A stretch of DNA of 64,000 nt from Acutalibacteraceae bacterium (GTDB taxonomy: Bacteria > Bacillota > Clostridia > Oscillospirales > Acutalibacteraceae): NCBI GenBank assembly GCA_045604765.1, contig JAZUOS010000054.1:14267-78266 (forward strand). The letters run 5' to 3'. Positions within the stretch are counted from its first letter, which is position 1. Each line of letters opens with the position of its first letter. The position numbers and the translations under genes were made by a program. The notes beneath the pieces were generated by a model, which was not told the origin of the DNA, made no database searches, and was given only the letters and a program-made list of their open reading frames with translations. Shown here piece after piece: positions 39,246 to 50,100 of the stretch.

Positions 39246-40253
39246 CTATTTTTCTTCCGTACAAAGATTTATCAAACCATCTACATTAGCTGTTGCTAAA
39301 CACTCTACCGTATCTGATGCACCGTAATAGATTTTTACTTCACCATTGTCCTCAAGTATCATACCACCGGGGAATATAACATTTTGGCGTAGTCCCTCAT
39401 CTACCTCATAATCGGTTTCGGGCGCTATGAGTGGCAGCTTGCTCATACCTATTACTTTTGACGGGTCCTCTAAATCAAGTAGCATAATTCCCGCACAGTA
39501 ACGCTTTTTCCAGGTCTCTTCCCAACCGTTTTTGCCACGTGTGTGGTCAATATCTACTGTATGAAAGGTTGTAAGCCAGCCCTTTTCGGTTTTTATAGGT
39601 GGTGCTGCAGGACCGATTTTATCATTAGCGTAAGGCACGTGCTCTACACCCATAACAAGTTTGTTATTACCCCAAAATTTAAGATCGGGCGACTGCGCAA
39701 ACCATATATCAAAACGGTCTACTCCACCACGCGAATAAACAGGAAAAGGTCTTTCAAGACGTGTATATAATCCGTTTATCTTTTCGGGGAACAGTACCAT
39801 ATTTCGATTATCTGGTGCCGATATGCTCATAATCTCTAATCGCTCAAGGTCGTGAATTATGCCCACGCCGCCGTGCACACCGTGTTTGGTGTCAACCGCA
39901 AAGCACATATGAAGCACTCCATCTATTACGGTAAGGCGAGGGTCATATATGCGTAAAATCTCATCGGTTTCAATTGCCGACTGCGGTATAAACGGCTTGT
40001 CGCTTACTGTCCAATGAATGCCGTCGTCGCTTGTAGCAAGGCCTAAATCAATTCGTGATAAAGGCATAGTTCCGTAACCGTTTGTACGAACATCGTTACG
40101 AAAAACCATAACGTATTTGCCGCCCCACTTTGTAATGCCCGCATTATATATACAGGTAGCCTCGTAGGGAATGTCTTTCATAGAAAGAATTGGGTTACCC
40201 TCGTATCGCTTGATAACGGGCGATGATTTAAGCTCGGGAAAAACCTTTGGCAT
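39246..40253 (-). CDS. GH130 glycoside phosphorylase (distinct subfamily from the tandem pair)
   Basis: 335 aa. N-terminal YEGNPILSMKDIP and the overall GH130 beta-propeller pattern. Confidence 0.85.
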   Translation of the reverse strand: MPKVFPELKSSPVIKRYEGNPILSMKDIPYEATCIYNAGITKWGGKYVMVFRNDVRTNGYGTMPLSRIDLGLATSDDGIHWTVSDKPFIPQSAIETDEILRIYDPRLTVIDGVLHMCFAVDTKHGVHGGVGIIHDLERLEIMSISAPDNRNMVLFPEKINGLYTRLERPFPVYSRGGVDRFDIWFAQSPDLKFWGNNKLVMGVEHVPYANDKIGPAAPPIKTEKGWLTTFHTVDIDHTRGKNGWEETWKKRYCAGIMLLDLEDPSKVIGMSKLPLIAPETDYEVDEGLRQNVIFPGGMILEDNGEVKIYYGASDTVECLATANVDGLINLCTEEK

Positions 40254-40274
40254 AATAAAACTCCTTTTTCTATA

Positions 40275-41645
40275 TTAAATATCCTTTGCTAAAACCTTGT
40301 GACGCCGCCATAGTCCTGATAAAAAGTATATAACACCGGGAATCGCAAATCCGTATGGCGCCAGTCCATAACCCAGCACAAAGCCATAAAAGCCCCAATC
40401 AAGATATATGCCAAACAACCAGCTAAGACCTATTCGCAGTATAACGCCGTCTAAAAGCGCTAACACCATAGAAAGCTTTGCGTTGCCAATGCCTTGTATA
40501 AGCGCGCCCGTGCCGCGCATTAGCGCGAGGGCGGGGAACATCCAAAGAATAGCTTTTATAAATGTTGCCGACATTTCGTGAACGGCAGGGTCAGACGAAA
40601 ACAGCATAAACATCTGCTTGCCAAAGAATATGTAAAGCGCTATAAACACAACTGTCCAAATGCCTGAAAATATCCAAGCGCTGTAGACTATACGTTTTGC
40701 GCGGTCGGGTTTATCTGCGCCTATATTCTGACTTATCATAGGCATTGCCGCGTGGTGTATGCCCTGAGAAATCTTGTTGATAATATCGTCAATCTTAACC
40801 CCTGCACTAAACGTAGCCGAGGCAACAACACCAACACTGTTTATCATAGAGTTTACAAACAGCATTGAAATGTTTATACAACCCGATTGTATAGCCATAG
40901 GCGTACCGATTGACGCCATCATTTTGGCATATTGCGGATTAATTTTAAAGCTCTCTTTTTTAAAATCAAATCCAAACGCATCTTTACGTTTTATAAGATA
41001 ATAAATTGAAAATACAAACGAAACGGCTTGTCCTATGATGGTGGCATAAGCCGCACCCGCAACTCCCCAGCCCAAAAGCCCCGTAAACAACAGGTCTAAC
41101 ACCAAATTTGTTACCGATGCTATAGCAATAAACAAAAACGGTCTTTTGGCATCACCCATACCGCGAAGCACGGCAGACACCATATTATACCCTGCGGTAA
41201 AAATTAGTCCTATGGCGCAAATTACCATATACTGCATTGCCATATCATACGACTCAACCGGTATGTTCATTATGTCAAGAACGACACCCTTAAAAATAAG
41301 AATTATAACCGATAACGCTACCGACAATATAAGTATAAGGCTAAACAGCGTACCTATAATGCTATTCATTTCTTTGCGCTTGTTAGCACCCAACGCCTGT
41401 GCCAAAAGCACCTGCCCCGCATTAGAGAAACCCAAACACACCATTGTGGCAAAATTGACTATCTGACTGCTTTGCCCCACCGCCGATATGCCCGCCGTGC
41501 CAACAAAATGACCGACTATTATCATATCTATTGTGCTGTAAAGCACCTGCATAGCATTTGACAGCATAAACGGTAGCATAAAGAAAAACATTTGCCGAGC
41601 TATCGGTCCTGTAGTAAAATCTTTTGAAATGGTCTTTGCCGACAC
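40275..41645 (-). CDS. MATE-family efflux transporter
   Basis: 456 aa with 12 TM helices and a typical MATE N-terminus (PIARQMFFFMLPFMLSN). Confidence 0.9.
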   Translation of the reverse strand: MSAKTISKDFTTGPIARQMFFFMLPFMLSNAMQVLYSTIDMIIVGHFVGTAGISAVGQSSQIVNFATMVCLGFSNAGQVLLAQALGANKRKEMNSIIGTLFSLILILSVALSVIILIFKGVVLDIMNIPVESYDMAMQYMVICAIGLIFTAGYNMVSAVLRGMGDAKRPFLFIAIASVTNLVLDLLFTGLLGWGVAGAAYATIIGQAVSFVFSIYYLIKRKDAFGFDFKKESFKINPQYAKMMASIGTPMAIQSGCINISMLFVNSMINSVGVVASATFSAGVKIDDIINKISQGIHHAAMPMISQNIGADKPDRAKRIVYSAWIFSGIWTVVFIALYIFFGKQMFMLFSSDPAVHEMSATFIKAILWMFPALALMRGTGALIQGIGNAKLSMVLALLDGVILRIGLSWLFGIYLDWGFYGFVLGYGLAPYGFAIPGVIYFLSGLWRRHKVLAKDI

Positions 41646-41647
41646 CT

Positions 41648-42220
41648 TTATTTCATCTCTTCTTCTGTTAATTTTCTATAAACACGGCAAGGATTACCCA
41701 TTGCAACAACGCCGTCGGGTATATCCTTGGTAACAATGCTGCCTGCACCTATTGTTACATTATTGCCTATTGTAACACCCGGCATTACGCGGGTGCCGCC
41801 GCCAATCCAAACGTTATCGCCTACCGTAATTGGCTTTGCATATTCGAGGCCCTCATTACGCTGAGCAATATTAAACGGGTGACCTGCAGTATAAAAGGCG
41901 CAGTCGGGTGCTATAAAAACATTGCTTCCAAACTTTACCTTTGCGCCGTCTAAAATCACACAATTATGATTTGCAAAAAAGTTTTCGCCAACCTCAATGT
42001 TATATCCGTAATCACACCAAAACGGTGAAAAAATTGTTATGTTTTTTCCGTGCGAGCCTAAAATTTCATCAAGCAATTGCGATTTGCCCTCAAAATCGGT
42101 TGGATTTAAAAGGTTATATTTATGGCATTTTTCTTTGCAAGACATTATTTCAATTCCTAATTCCTTATCATAATTAGGGTTATAAAGCTGCCCTGCATCA
42201 CGTTTTTGTTTTTCGGTCAT
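41648..42220 (-). CDS. sugar O-acetyltransferase (Maa/LacA-like, hexapeptide repeat)
   Basis: 190 aa. Maa-type N-terminus (AGQLYNPNYDKEL) and left-handed beta-helix repeats. Confidence 0.85.
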   Translation of the reverse strand: MTEKQKRDAGQLYNPNYDKELGIEIMSCKEKCHKYNLLNPTDFEGKSQLLDEILGSHGKNITIFSPFWCDYGYNIEVGENFFANHNCVILDGAKVKFGSNVFIAPDCAFYTAGHPFNIAQRNEGLEYAKPITVGDNVWIGGGTRVMPGVTIGNNVTIGAGSIVTKDIPDGVVAMGNPCRVYRKLTEEEMK

Positions 42221-42280
42221 AAAATCACCACCACAACTAATTTAAATATTATTTTAGCACATTGAAAAAATATTGCAACA

Positions 42281-42309
42281 AAAAGTCGCAGCTTATAAAA
42301 GGCTGCGAT
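42281..42309 (-). terminator. terminator after the PPIase gene
   Basis: 7-bp stem tcgcagc / gctgcga with a T-run on the minus strand. Confidence 0.4.
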
Positions 42310-42319
42310 TTAAATTAAA

Positions 42320-43033
42320 TTATTCAGTTCTTATTGTAATTGATGTTATTGTTGGCTGTGCGCTTGCAGGTATTGTGCCATTTCCGTCAATGGGCTTTGC
42401 ATCGGCACAAACCTTATCTACAACATCAATGCCCTCGGTTACATAACCAAAAACAGCATAGTCGCCGTCGAGATGGGGACTGTCTTTATGCACAATAAAA
42501 AATTGCGAGCTTGCGCTGTTGGGGTTGCCCGAACGCGCCATCGATATTGCGCCGCGTGTGTGAGAAAGAGTGTTGTTATAACCGTTAGAGGCAAATTCGC
42601 CCACAATATTTTTATCAGAGCCGCCCGTTCCGTTGCCCTTGGGGTCACCGCCCTGTATCATAAAATTCTCTATAATTCTATGAAAGGTCAGTCCGTCATA
42701 AAACTTATCGCTTGCAAGGCCCACAAAATTTGCGCAAGTAATGGGCGCTGCTGACGGGTCAAGCTTTACGGTAACGGTGCCGTAATCCTCAACTTTTATA
42801 TCTGCATAATAGGTAAGCGAGGTATCAAACAATCCCTCTTGCTGCTGGGTATTGCTCTCTGTCGAAGATATTGTAGAATTTTGTCCTTTATCGGCTGTCG
42901 ATGTATGCTCATTTTTCGATTTGCTAGCCCAGATAAAAATACCCACAAATACGCATAAAACCAATGCGACAACAATTGCCACTACTAAATTATTTTCTTT
43001 ACCCTGTGTTGTTTCTTTTTTTGCTTTTGACAT
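42320..43033 (-). CDS. membrane-anchored cyclophilin-type peptidyl-prolyl isomerase
   Basis: 237 aa. N-terminal TM helix, Ser/Thr/Gln linker and FHRIIENFMIQGGDP. Confidence 0.9.
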   Translation of the reverse strand: MSKAKKETTQGKENNLVVAIVVALVLCVFVGIFIWASKSKNEHTSTADKGQNSTISSTESNTQQQEGLFDTSLTYYADIKVEDYGTVTVKLDPSAAPITCANFVGLASDKFYDGLTFHRIIENFMIQGGDPKGNGTGGSDKNIVGEFASNGYNNTLSHTRGAISMARSGNPNSASSQFFIVHKDSPHLDGDYAVFGYVTEGIDVVDKVCADAKPIDGNGTIPASAQPTITSITIRTE

Positions 43034-43057
43034 TTTTGTAATTCCTCTATTTTATGA

Positions 43058-45124
43058 TTAATTTACCGTTTCGTCGGTTATGGTTGACATAGCATCTTCC
43101 AGGCTCATACCGCCGGCTATCGCAGCCTTACGCGCGGCGTTAACCGCTTGAATGGTTTTAACGCGCTTGCCGTCAAGCTCGTAGCCCTTCATAGCCCAAA
43201 GGGTGAGCAACCACGCCACCATAGGAACTATGCAAAACAGCGCTATTACCACCCAGTTCATACCGGCAACATAAGGTGTAGTTTTTGTCGCCAGGTTAGG
43301 AACGCTTATGAATAACAGTGCCACACTAACAACAGTTGCCGAAAGTGATGAAACAAGCTTATCCACAAGGCTAAAGAGCGTACCCATAATACCGGGTATA
43401 AATTTACCCGAACGGTAGGTTTCGTAGTCTGCGCAGTCAGCAACCATAGGAATCGGCATATCGGCAGTCGAATAATATGCGCCGTAGCCCACGCCAAAGA
43501 ACAGTATAAACAAAATTGTGTAAAGGTTTGGTGCAAATTTTCCGTTATCAAACAATGTAAAGTTAAACGCAGGATTTCCCTGTTGCCACAAAAGCAAGAG
43601 TGCCAGCACACCTATATAACAAGCAAAGGCTACTGCAACATATCGCATGAGTGATTTCTTTTGACCGTGCTTTTGCGAGGTGCGAACGGTAAGCAAGAAA
43701 AACGGCGCCGAGAAAACATAACCCAAAACCATCATAATAAGGTAAAGGCTGTCATATTTGTTGCGACCTGCAAGTTTAATAGTATCTTCGGAATTAATAC
43801 CGCCTATTATACCGTCGTTTGTAATTTCAAGAGAAATTACCTCGTTTTTTGTATTTATGAAATCTCCATCGTCATTAACAAGCAAACCTATCATAGTGTC
43901 AGACTCAGGTATGCTAAGACCTGTTATTTTTCCGTTGCTATCATATTGTAATCCTACCGGCATACCGTCTTTATCAAGCTCTATGTTTTTAGGATTACCC
44001 TCCTCATCAAAACACAAAAACACTGCTTGAACAGGCTCTGCCACTTCAAGTTTCGATGATGCTAACGATGATAGAATTTCACCTGCGGTTGTTACATCGA
44101 TATTTCTAATGTTCGCATTTTTGCCTATTTCATATTCTTCCTTGCCGTCTTTTTCAACCTGCTCAATCACTGGTGCATCAAATGTTAAGCCTATAATTTG
44201 TGTATCTTCTTCGATTTTTAAATTGACTATCTCTTTTGTGTTATTTATCTCAATTTTATCATAAAAACCTTTGGTTACACCGAGGCCAAACTGTGTCATA
44301 CAACCGTAAATCATACAAAGCACGGTTACATTTGTAGCAATTGCAAGTGCCAGTTTGCAACCGCCACCCGCTACCATAAGGCGCTGAAGCGGTTTATTTG
44401 CTTTTATAATTGAAATATATTCAGAAACCTTAACCTTTTCTTGCTTGCCGCCAAGACCAAAATATTTTTCATTATCCTTTTCCCAGATACCAACGATTGC
44501 AAGTATTGTAAGAATAATCGAAACTGCAACGCCTATCGGTGTCATAATACGGAACCAGCTTGCATTATAGTCGCCCGCAAAGCCGTCACCCGCAAGAATA
44601 GGGCCTACGAACTGCATAACGCCCATACCAACAAGTGAGCCTATTGTGTTAAAAATAGTAAACAACGGTCTTTGCTTGGGGTCATTAGTAAGCACAGGCT
44701 GCGCCGAACGAGTAACTGAAGTCTGGAAGGTGTAGCCCAAAACCCATATTGCGTATAGCAGAATAAACACAGTATAGCGCAACCACATTACATCTTTGGA
44801 AATTATCGGCGTAACCATATAAAGCAGTATTACCGATACCGCCATTGTAACGTTACCAATAACCATAAATGGTCTGAATTTACCAAATTTGCCGTTGGTT
44901 TTGTCCATCAACGCACCAATTATTGGGTCGGTAATGGCATCAAACACACGCATACCCGTAACCATAAAGGATGCAAACACCATTGCAAGACCTAAAACCT
45001 TGTTACCAAAGGTTGCAATGTAGCTTAAAATAAGCACAAAATAAACATTTGTTGCGCCATTATTCATTGGGAACAGCGCCAATTGATATAGCTTGGCACG
45101 GTTAGTGCCTTGATTTTGACTCAT
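43058..45124 (-). CDS. GPH-family (MFS) glycoside:cation symporter with a ~180-aa hydrophilic insert
   Basis: 688 aa. GPH-like N-terminus (DAITDPIIGALMDKT). The insert at aa ~278-458 lies between predicted TM7 and TM8. Confidence 0.8.
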   Translation of the reverse strand: MSQNQGTNRAKLYQLALFPMNNGATNVYFVLILSYIATFGNKVLGLAMVFASFMVTGMRVFDAITDPIIGALMDKTNGKFGKFRPFMVIGNVTMAVSVILLYMVTPIISKDVMWLRYTVFILLYAIWVLGYTFQTSVTRSAQPVLTNDPKQRPLFTIFNTIGSLVGMGVMQFVGPILAGDGFAGDYNASWFRIMTPIGVAVSIILTILAIVGIWEKDNEKYFGLGGKQEKVKVSEYISIIKANKPLQRLMVAGGGCKLALAIATNVTVLCMIYGCMTQFGLGVTKGFYDKIEINNTKEIVNLKIEEDTQIIGLTFDAPVIEQVEKDGKEEYEIGKNANIRNIDVTTAGEILSSLASSKLEVAEPVQAVFLCFDEEGNPKNIELDKDGMPVGLQYDSNGKITGLSIPESDTMIGLLVNDDGDFINTKNEVISLEITNDGIIGGINSEDTIKLAGRNKYDSLYLIMMVLGYVFSAPFFLLTVRTSQKHGQKKSLMRYVAVAFACYIGVLALLLLWQQGNPAFNFTLFDNGKFAPNLYTILFILFFGVGYGAYYSTADMPIPMVADCADYETYRSGKFIPGIMGTLFSLVDKLVSSLSATVVSVALLFISVPNLATKTTPYVAGMNWVVIALFCIVPMVAWLLTLWAMKGYELDGKRVKTIQAVNAARKAAIAGGMSLEDAMSTITDETVN

Positions 45125-45136
45125 ATTTATTCTCCT

Positions 45137-47056
45137 TTAGGTCCAGTTTCCGCCGTTGCCGCCATTTTTACCCAGCTTATATGAGAGGTTTGGCTTATTA
45201 ACATGGCGAATTATTGATGTATCGGCACAGTCGCCTGCTACCGCCTTTATTTCGGTTTCGGGGGTTATCATAACCCTGAATTTAAACACCTTGTTACCTT
45301 TTTTGGTAGCAACCTTTTCGCCGTTTGCGTAAAGTGTTACCTCGTCGCAGTTCGAATAAACCTTAACATCGGTTATGCTTTCAACTCGGTCAATATATCG
45401 ACTACCGCAGATATGCACGAATTTTTCGTCAGACCAGTAGGCTTTATAAAGGTAAAAGCTGTCTTTTTTAATTTCTCTGTCAAAGGTTACAAGGCCCTTG
45501 TGGTTCATACCCGGCTCGCCGCCCTGATTACGCGCATCGGCGGCAAAGTCAAACATATTCCATAAATGCGTTGCCCACATAAACGGACGCTTATGGAAAA
45601 AACGAAGCATATATTCGTGATAAACACATTGGTATTCTTCGGTTTGGTCGCCGCGGTATGGGTGACTTGAGTGCAGATTTGTCATTGCCTCACAGCCGTA
45701 TTCAGAATAGCCTAACGCACGGTTAGGGTAAACAAAATGGAAAAAGTCCACCCACAAATCGTTAAGCCACAAAAAAGGCGTGTACCAACCAAGATATAGG
45801 TTCCAACTAACAATGTCAGAAATATGCGCTACCTTGTTAAACGGTCCACACACTGCATAGCACGCAAGTGTTGTAGGGCGGCTTGGATCCATTTCGTGAA
45901 CCAAATCATTAAGCACGTGATGATTATCTAACATATCCTTTTTATTTTTGGTAGAAATGGTAATCTCATTACTAAGTCCCCAAAAACAAATTGATGCGTG
46001 ATTATAGTTTTGAATAATAAGCTCTTTCATTTGTGAAATTGTATTCTCACGGCCATTAACCATATGCTCTGAAATATAGGGTATTTCTGCCCAAACAACA
46101 AAGCCGTATTTATCACAAAGGTCATAAAAATATTGATCGTGCTGATAGTGGGCAAGGGGAATGGTGTTAGCGCCTATTTCACGAATCATATCAATATCTT
46201 GCTCGTGATGCTCACGGCTTAACGCGTTACCAAGCCCCTTGCGGTCTTGGTGACGGCATACGCCTCGCAGCGCATAAGGCTTGCCGTTTAAGAAAAAGCC
46301 TTTTTGAGAGTCAACATAAAAACTTCTGACGCCAAAATTGGTTGCTACACGGTCAACTATTTCGCCGCCAACAACAAGCTCAGCTTCGCAAGAATAGAGA
46401 TACGGGTCCTCAATGCCTTGCCAAAGGTGTGCATCATATACAGTTATGTGAGTATCATCACCGCTGCCCGATGCTACCTCGACTCCTAAATCATCGAATA
46501 TTTTAATATTAACAGCAGCATTTTCTGCATTATGCCATGTGCGAACCCAAACGTTTGCATCGGCACCGTCAACCTCGGCAGAAACCGCCAAGCCGCTGCC
46601 ACCAAAAAAGTCCATATCAAAATGCTGCTTATTTAAAACAATAAGACGAACATCTCGGTAGATGCCGCCATAAAAGGTAAAATCGGCTTTTTGAGGATAA
46701 ACGCGGTCATTTACCGAATTATCAACCTCTACTTTAAGATGATTTTGCGGCTTTAGATACTCGGTTATATCGCAGCGAAAGGTTGAATATCCGCCGTCGT
46801 GTGTCATAATTTCACTGTCGTTTAAAATCACCTTTGCCGAGGCGTTTACACCTGCAAATTCAAGATATACACATTCATTGTCGATGTATTCGGGCGCAAC
46901 AAACTCTTTTTCATAAATACAGGTACCGCGACGGTAATCGTTGCCGCCGTCAGCTCCGTCAATATTATTCCATGTGTGCGGAATATTTATTGGAGTTTTG
47001 CTTCCGTCAAAATAAGTAAATACCCAGTCACTATTGAGCAGGTGTGTTTTTCTCAT
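45137..47056 (-). CDS. GH2 glycoside hydrolase (beta-galactosidase/beta-mannosidase-like)
   Basis: 639 aa from the ATG at 47056. WGLSNE acid/base motif and SEYG nucleophile-region motif. Confidence 0.85.
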   Translation of the reverse strand: MRKTHLLNSDWVFTYFDGSKTPINIPHTWNNIDGADGGNDYRRGTCIYEKEFVAPEYIDNECVYLEFAGVNASAKVILNDSEIMTHDGGYSTFRCDITEYLKPQNHLKVEVDNSVNDRVYPQKADFTFYGGIYRDVRLIVLNKQHFDMDFFGGSGLAVSAEVDGADANVWVRTWHNAENAAVNIKIFDDLGVEVASGSGDDTHITVYDAHLWQGIEDPYLYSCEAELVVGGEIVDRVATNFGVRSFYVDSQKGFFLNGKPYALRGVCRHQDRKGLGNALSREHHEQDIDMIREIGANTIPLAHYQHDQYFYDLCDKYGFVVWAEIPYISEHMVNGRENTISQMKELIIQNYNHASICFWGLSNEITISTKNKKDMLDNHHVLNDLVHEMDPSRPTTLACYAVCGPFNKVAHISDIVSWNLYLGWYTPFLWLNDLWVDFFHFVYPNRALGYSEYGCEAMTNLHSSHPYRGDQTEEYQCVYHEYMLRFFHKRPFMWATHLWNMFDFAADARNQGGEPGMNHKGLVTFDREIKKDSFYLYKAYWSDEKFVHICGSRYIDRVESITDVKVYSNCDEVTLYANGEKVATKKGNKVFKFRVMITPETEIKAVAGDCADTSIIRHVNKPNLSYKLGKNGGNGGNWT

Positions 47057-47127
47057 AAAATTCTTTCCTTTTAAAACGATTTGCAGGGAAGCGCCCAAAA
47101 GGACGCTTCCCAAATTATTTTTTTATA

Positions 47128-50100
47128 TTAAGCCTTTGCCTTTTTATCTTTTTTGGCTTGCTTAAAGGCTGCATACTCTTCGGTTTTTTGGAGCTTTTTG
47201 CTACCGAAAATCCAAAGCACTACAAAGGCAACCGCTAAAACGCCTGCTACAATTGCAGCAATTTTAAGTATTACTAAAATTTGAGGAGTTATAGCCTTAA
47301 CCACTGTATCTTTACCCACACCGTTCATACCCGATGAATTAGCCATAGCGTAAAGGTTGTGGTGACAAGCTTCCTTCATAGCGGTAACAATTACAGGGTC
47401 ATTTTCATAGTTAGGAAGCTGATTTACAATGAATGGAAGCATAGCGTCAAAGGTGGTAACACCGCCTGCCATCAGCGCATCAACGCCGTTGCAGTAGTTA
47501 ACGAGCACGTTATCGGTAATTGACATACCGCGATTGCCCCACTCATTACGCATAATACCTGTCATAAGGTTCTTATTGCTTCCCGACCATCTTGTACCCC
47601 AACGGGTGTATGCTGTCATAACGCCGTTTGCATCACATTCTTCAAGAGGCTTCTGGAACGCTTTAAGATAGATTTCACGCGCTGCCTGCTCGCCAATCCA
47701 TGCCGCTTGACCCAAACGCTCTTGTTCGCAGTCGTTAAGCGCAAAGTGCTTGATAACCACATCTACGCCCTTGTCTTGAATAGCCTGAATTTCGGCGCCA
47801 CCAATTTCACCTGCCAAGAAGCCGTCCTCTGAATAGTATTCAAAGTTTCTGCCACCATAGGGTGTGCGGTGGGTGTTGCTACCGGGGCCGTAAAGCGCTA
47901 CAACATCAGCCGCGAGGCAGTTGTTGCCAATAACCTTACCAACCTCATACATAAGCTCGGTATTAAAGGTTGCGGCCATTACGTCTTCAGATGTAAATGC
48001 GGTAGGCTCGATATCGCCAAGACCTGCGCCGAATATTGCGGCAGTAAGACCCTGCGGGCCGTTTTCGTCACGGGCACCAGGTGCATTTACCGATTCGGCC
48101 GGCATTCTCCAGTGGAAAGAGTCACCTATAAGTGATACCATCTCATCGAAGGTGAGCTGATCAAGCAATTTATCCCAATTAGGATCATCGTAATCCTTGC
48201 CTATCATATCATAAAGTGTAAGTCCGTTATCGGCACCCAAGGTTGGCATATCCACCTTATCATAGTTTTTAGCATCATACTGCACATCCTGAAGCTCAGC
48301 TATCATCTGCTTTGTAAGAGCAATTTTATAAATTTCTTTACTGGGCCATGTAGCCTGCCAATCAGAGCGTGACAAATATGTAATCTTGTCTTCGTTTCCT
48401 TCATAGAGGTTAAGGTCAGAATCTGACAGCTGATTTGTGATTTCAGTACCATTTAATGATTTTGAATATGTCTCAGCGTCAAATGCATCCTGAGTCCACT
48501 TATAAGCAAGAGCGGCATTACCGTCGGCATCCATTTTACCTTCTGTGTTTGCTACGGTGTAGCCCTTCGCCGCAAGTGTGTTATTAACAGCAGCGTGAGC
48601 ATCGGTAGCAACGGTAAGATAATAATCGCCTGCATCTAAAATATAGGTTTTTGCGCCGTAAGCATCATAAGAAGCAAGGTCGCGCTTGTCAACCTTAATT
48701 GTGATAATCTCACTGTGGCCGGGCTCTAACACCTTTGTTTTACCAAAGCCGCAAAGAGCTACAGACGCCTTTTCGACCTTGTTTTCCTTATCGTATTCGG
48801 TATAGGGTGACTGTGAATAAACCTGTACGGTTTCTTTGCCTGCCATATTACCGATATTAGTTACATTTACGCTAACTTCGAACTGATCGGTTTCGGCGTT
48901 ATATTTAACACTCATATTTGAATAATCAAACTGTGTGAAGCTAAGACCGTAACCAAATGGGAAAGCGACCTTGTCGCCGTATTTATAGTCGCCTGCGTTA
49001 CCTGTACCCATAACAAAATCTTCATAATGGGTTTCATAATACTTATAGCCTACATAAATACCCTCTTGGTAAATCATATAGGTGCTGGCATTCTTGGGTA
49101 TATTTTCACCGTCAAAGCCCTCGTAAGTGGTGGGCACAAAGTTTTGCATAGCGGGTGAAGAATAGTTGTCGTAGCAATAGGTATCAACAAGGCTACCTGA
49201 TGGGTTAACCTTACCTGCCAATATATCGGTTACAGCGTTTGTGCCGCTGATACCAACACCGCCTATCCAAAGGCAAGCGTCAATAGCATAGGTGTCATCC
49301 TTTAAAAAGTCAACCTGTAAAGCATTTGATGAATTTATAAGAACGATAACCTTTTTGATTTTACCGTCTTTTTTAAGGTCAGAAGCATATTTAAGCAATG
49401 CCTTTTCGTTTTCATCAAGTGCTAAGTAGTTGTATTCTTTAAATGCCAAATCGTAGCCCTCACCGCCAACACGTGAGAAGGTGATGATAGCAGCGTCGCC
49501 GTATTCGATAATAGATTTTTTAACATCATCCGTATAAACATCCATAGGCACTTCTGCAATAGATGCCTGACCTGCAAGCACTGCGCTCTCGCCTGCCGAT
49601 GCGCTGCGGTCATAAGCCGCGCCTGCGCCTGTTTTATAAAAATCCCACAAGGTCTGATTAACTTTAAGACCCGATTTTTCGAGCGCTGTTTTAAAATCAT
49701 CAGCTTTGGATGCATCAACGTTACCCGAGCCTGTGCCGCCGTAAACAAGATTTACCGAGCTTGAAGAAAGTGTGCTCACTTTAGTACCCTCGGATAGCGG
49801 CAATGCGCCGTCTTTATTAAGTAACAGTGCGGCGCCCTCAGCCTCTACCTGATAGCAAATCTGGTCGCCGTATTTGTACATTTCTTCATCTGAAGAAAAA
49901 TCGCTTTCAAAATATTTTGCGTTTTCGTCTTCGTTTTGAAGCTCCCAGAAGCTGCCACCGGCAAGAGCAACAATTGTGTTGTCAAATATGCCGAGAGCAA
50001 TATTTGCCGGAACTAAAATAATAGTTAATACCAAGCAAATGATCGCAAGTGTCTTCCAAAGACCGAGTGCTTTGCGTTTTGCCTTTTTGTAAGCTTTTTT

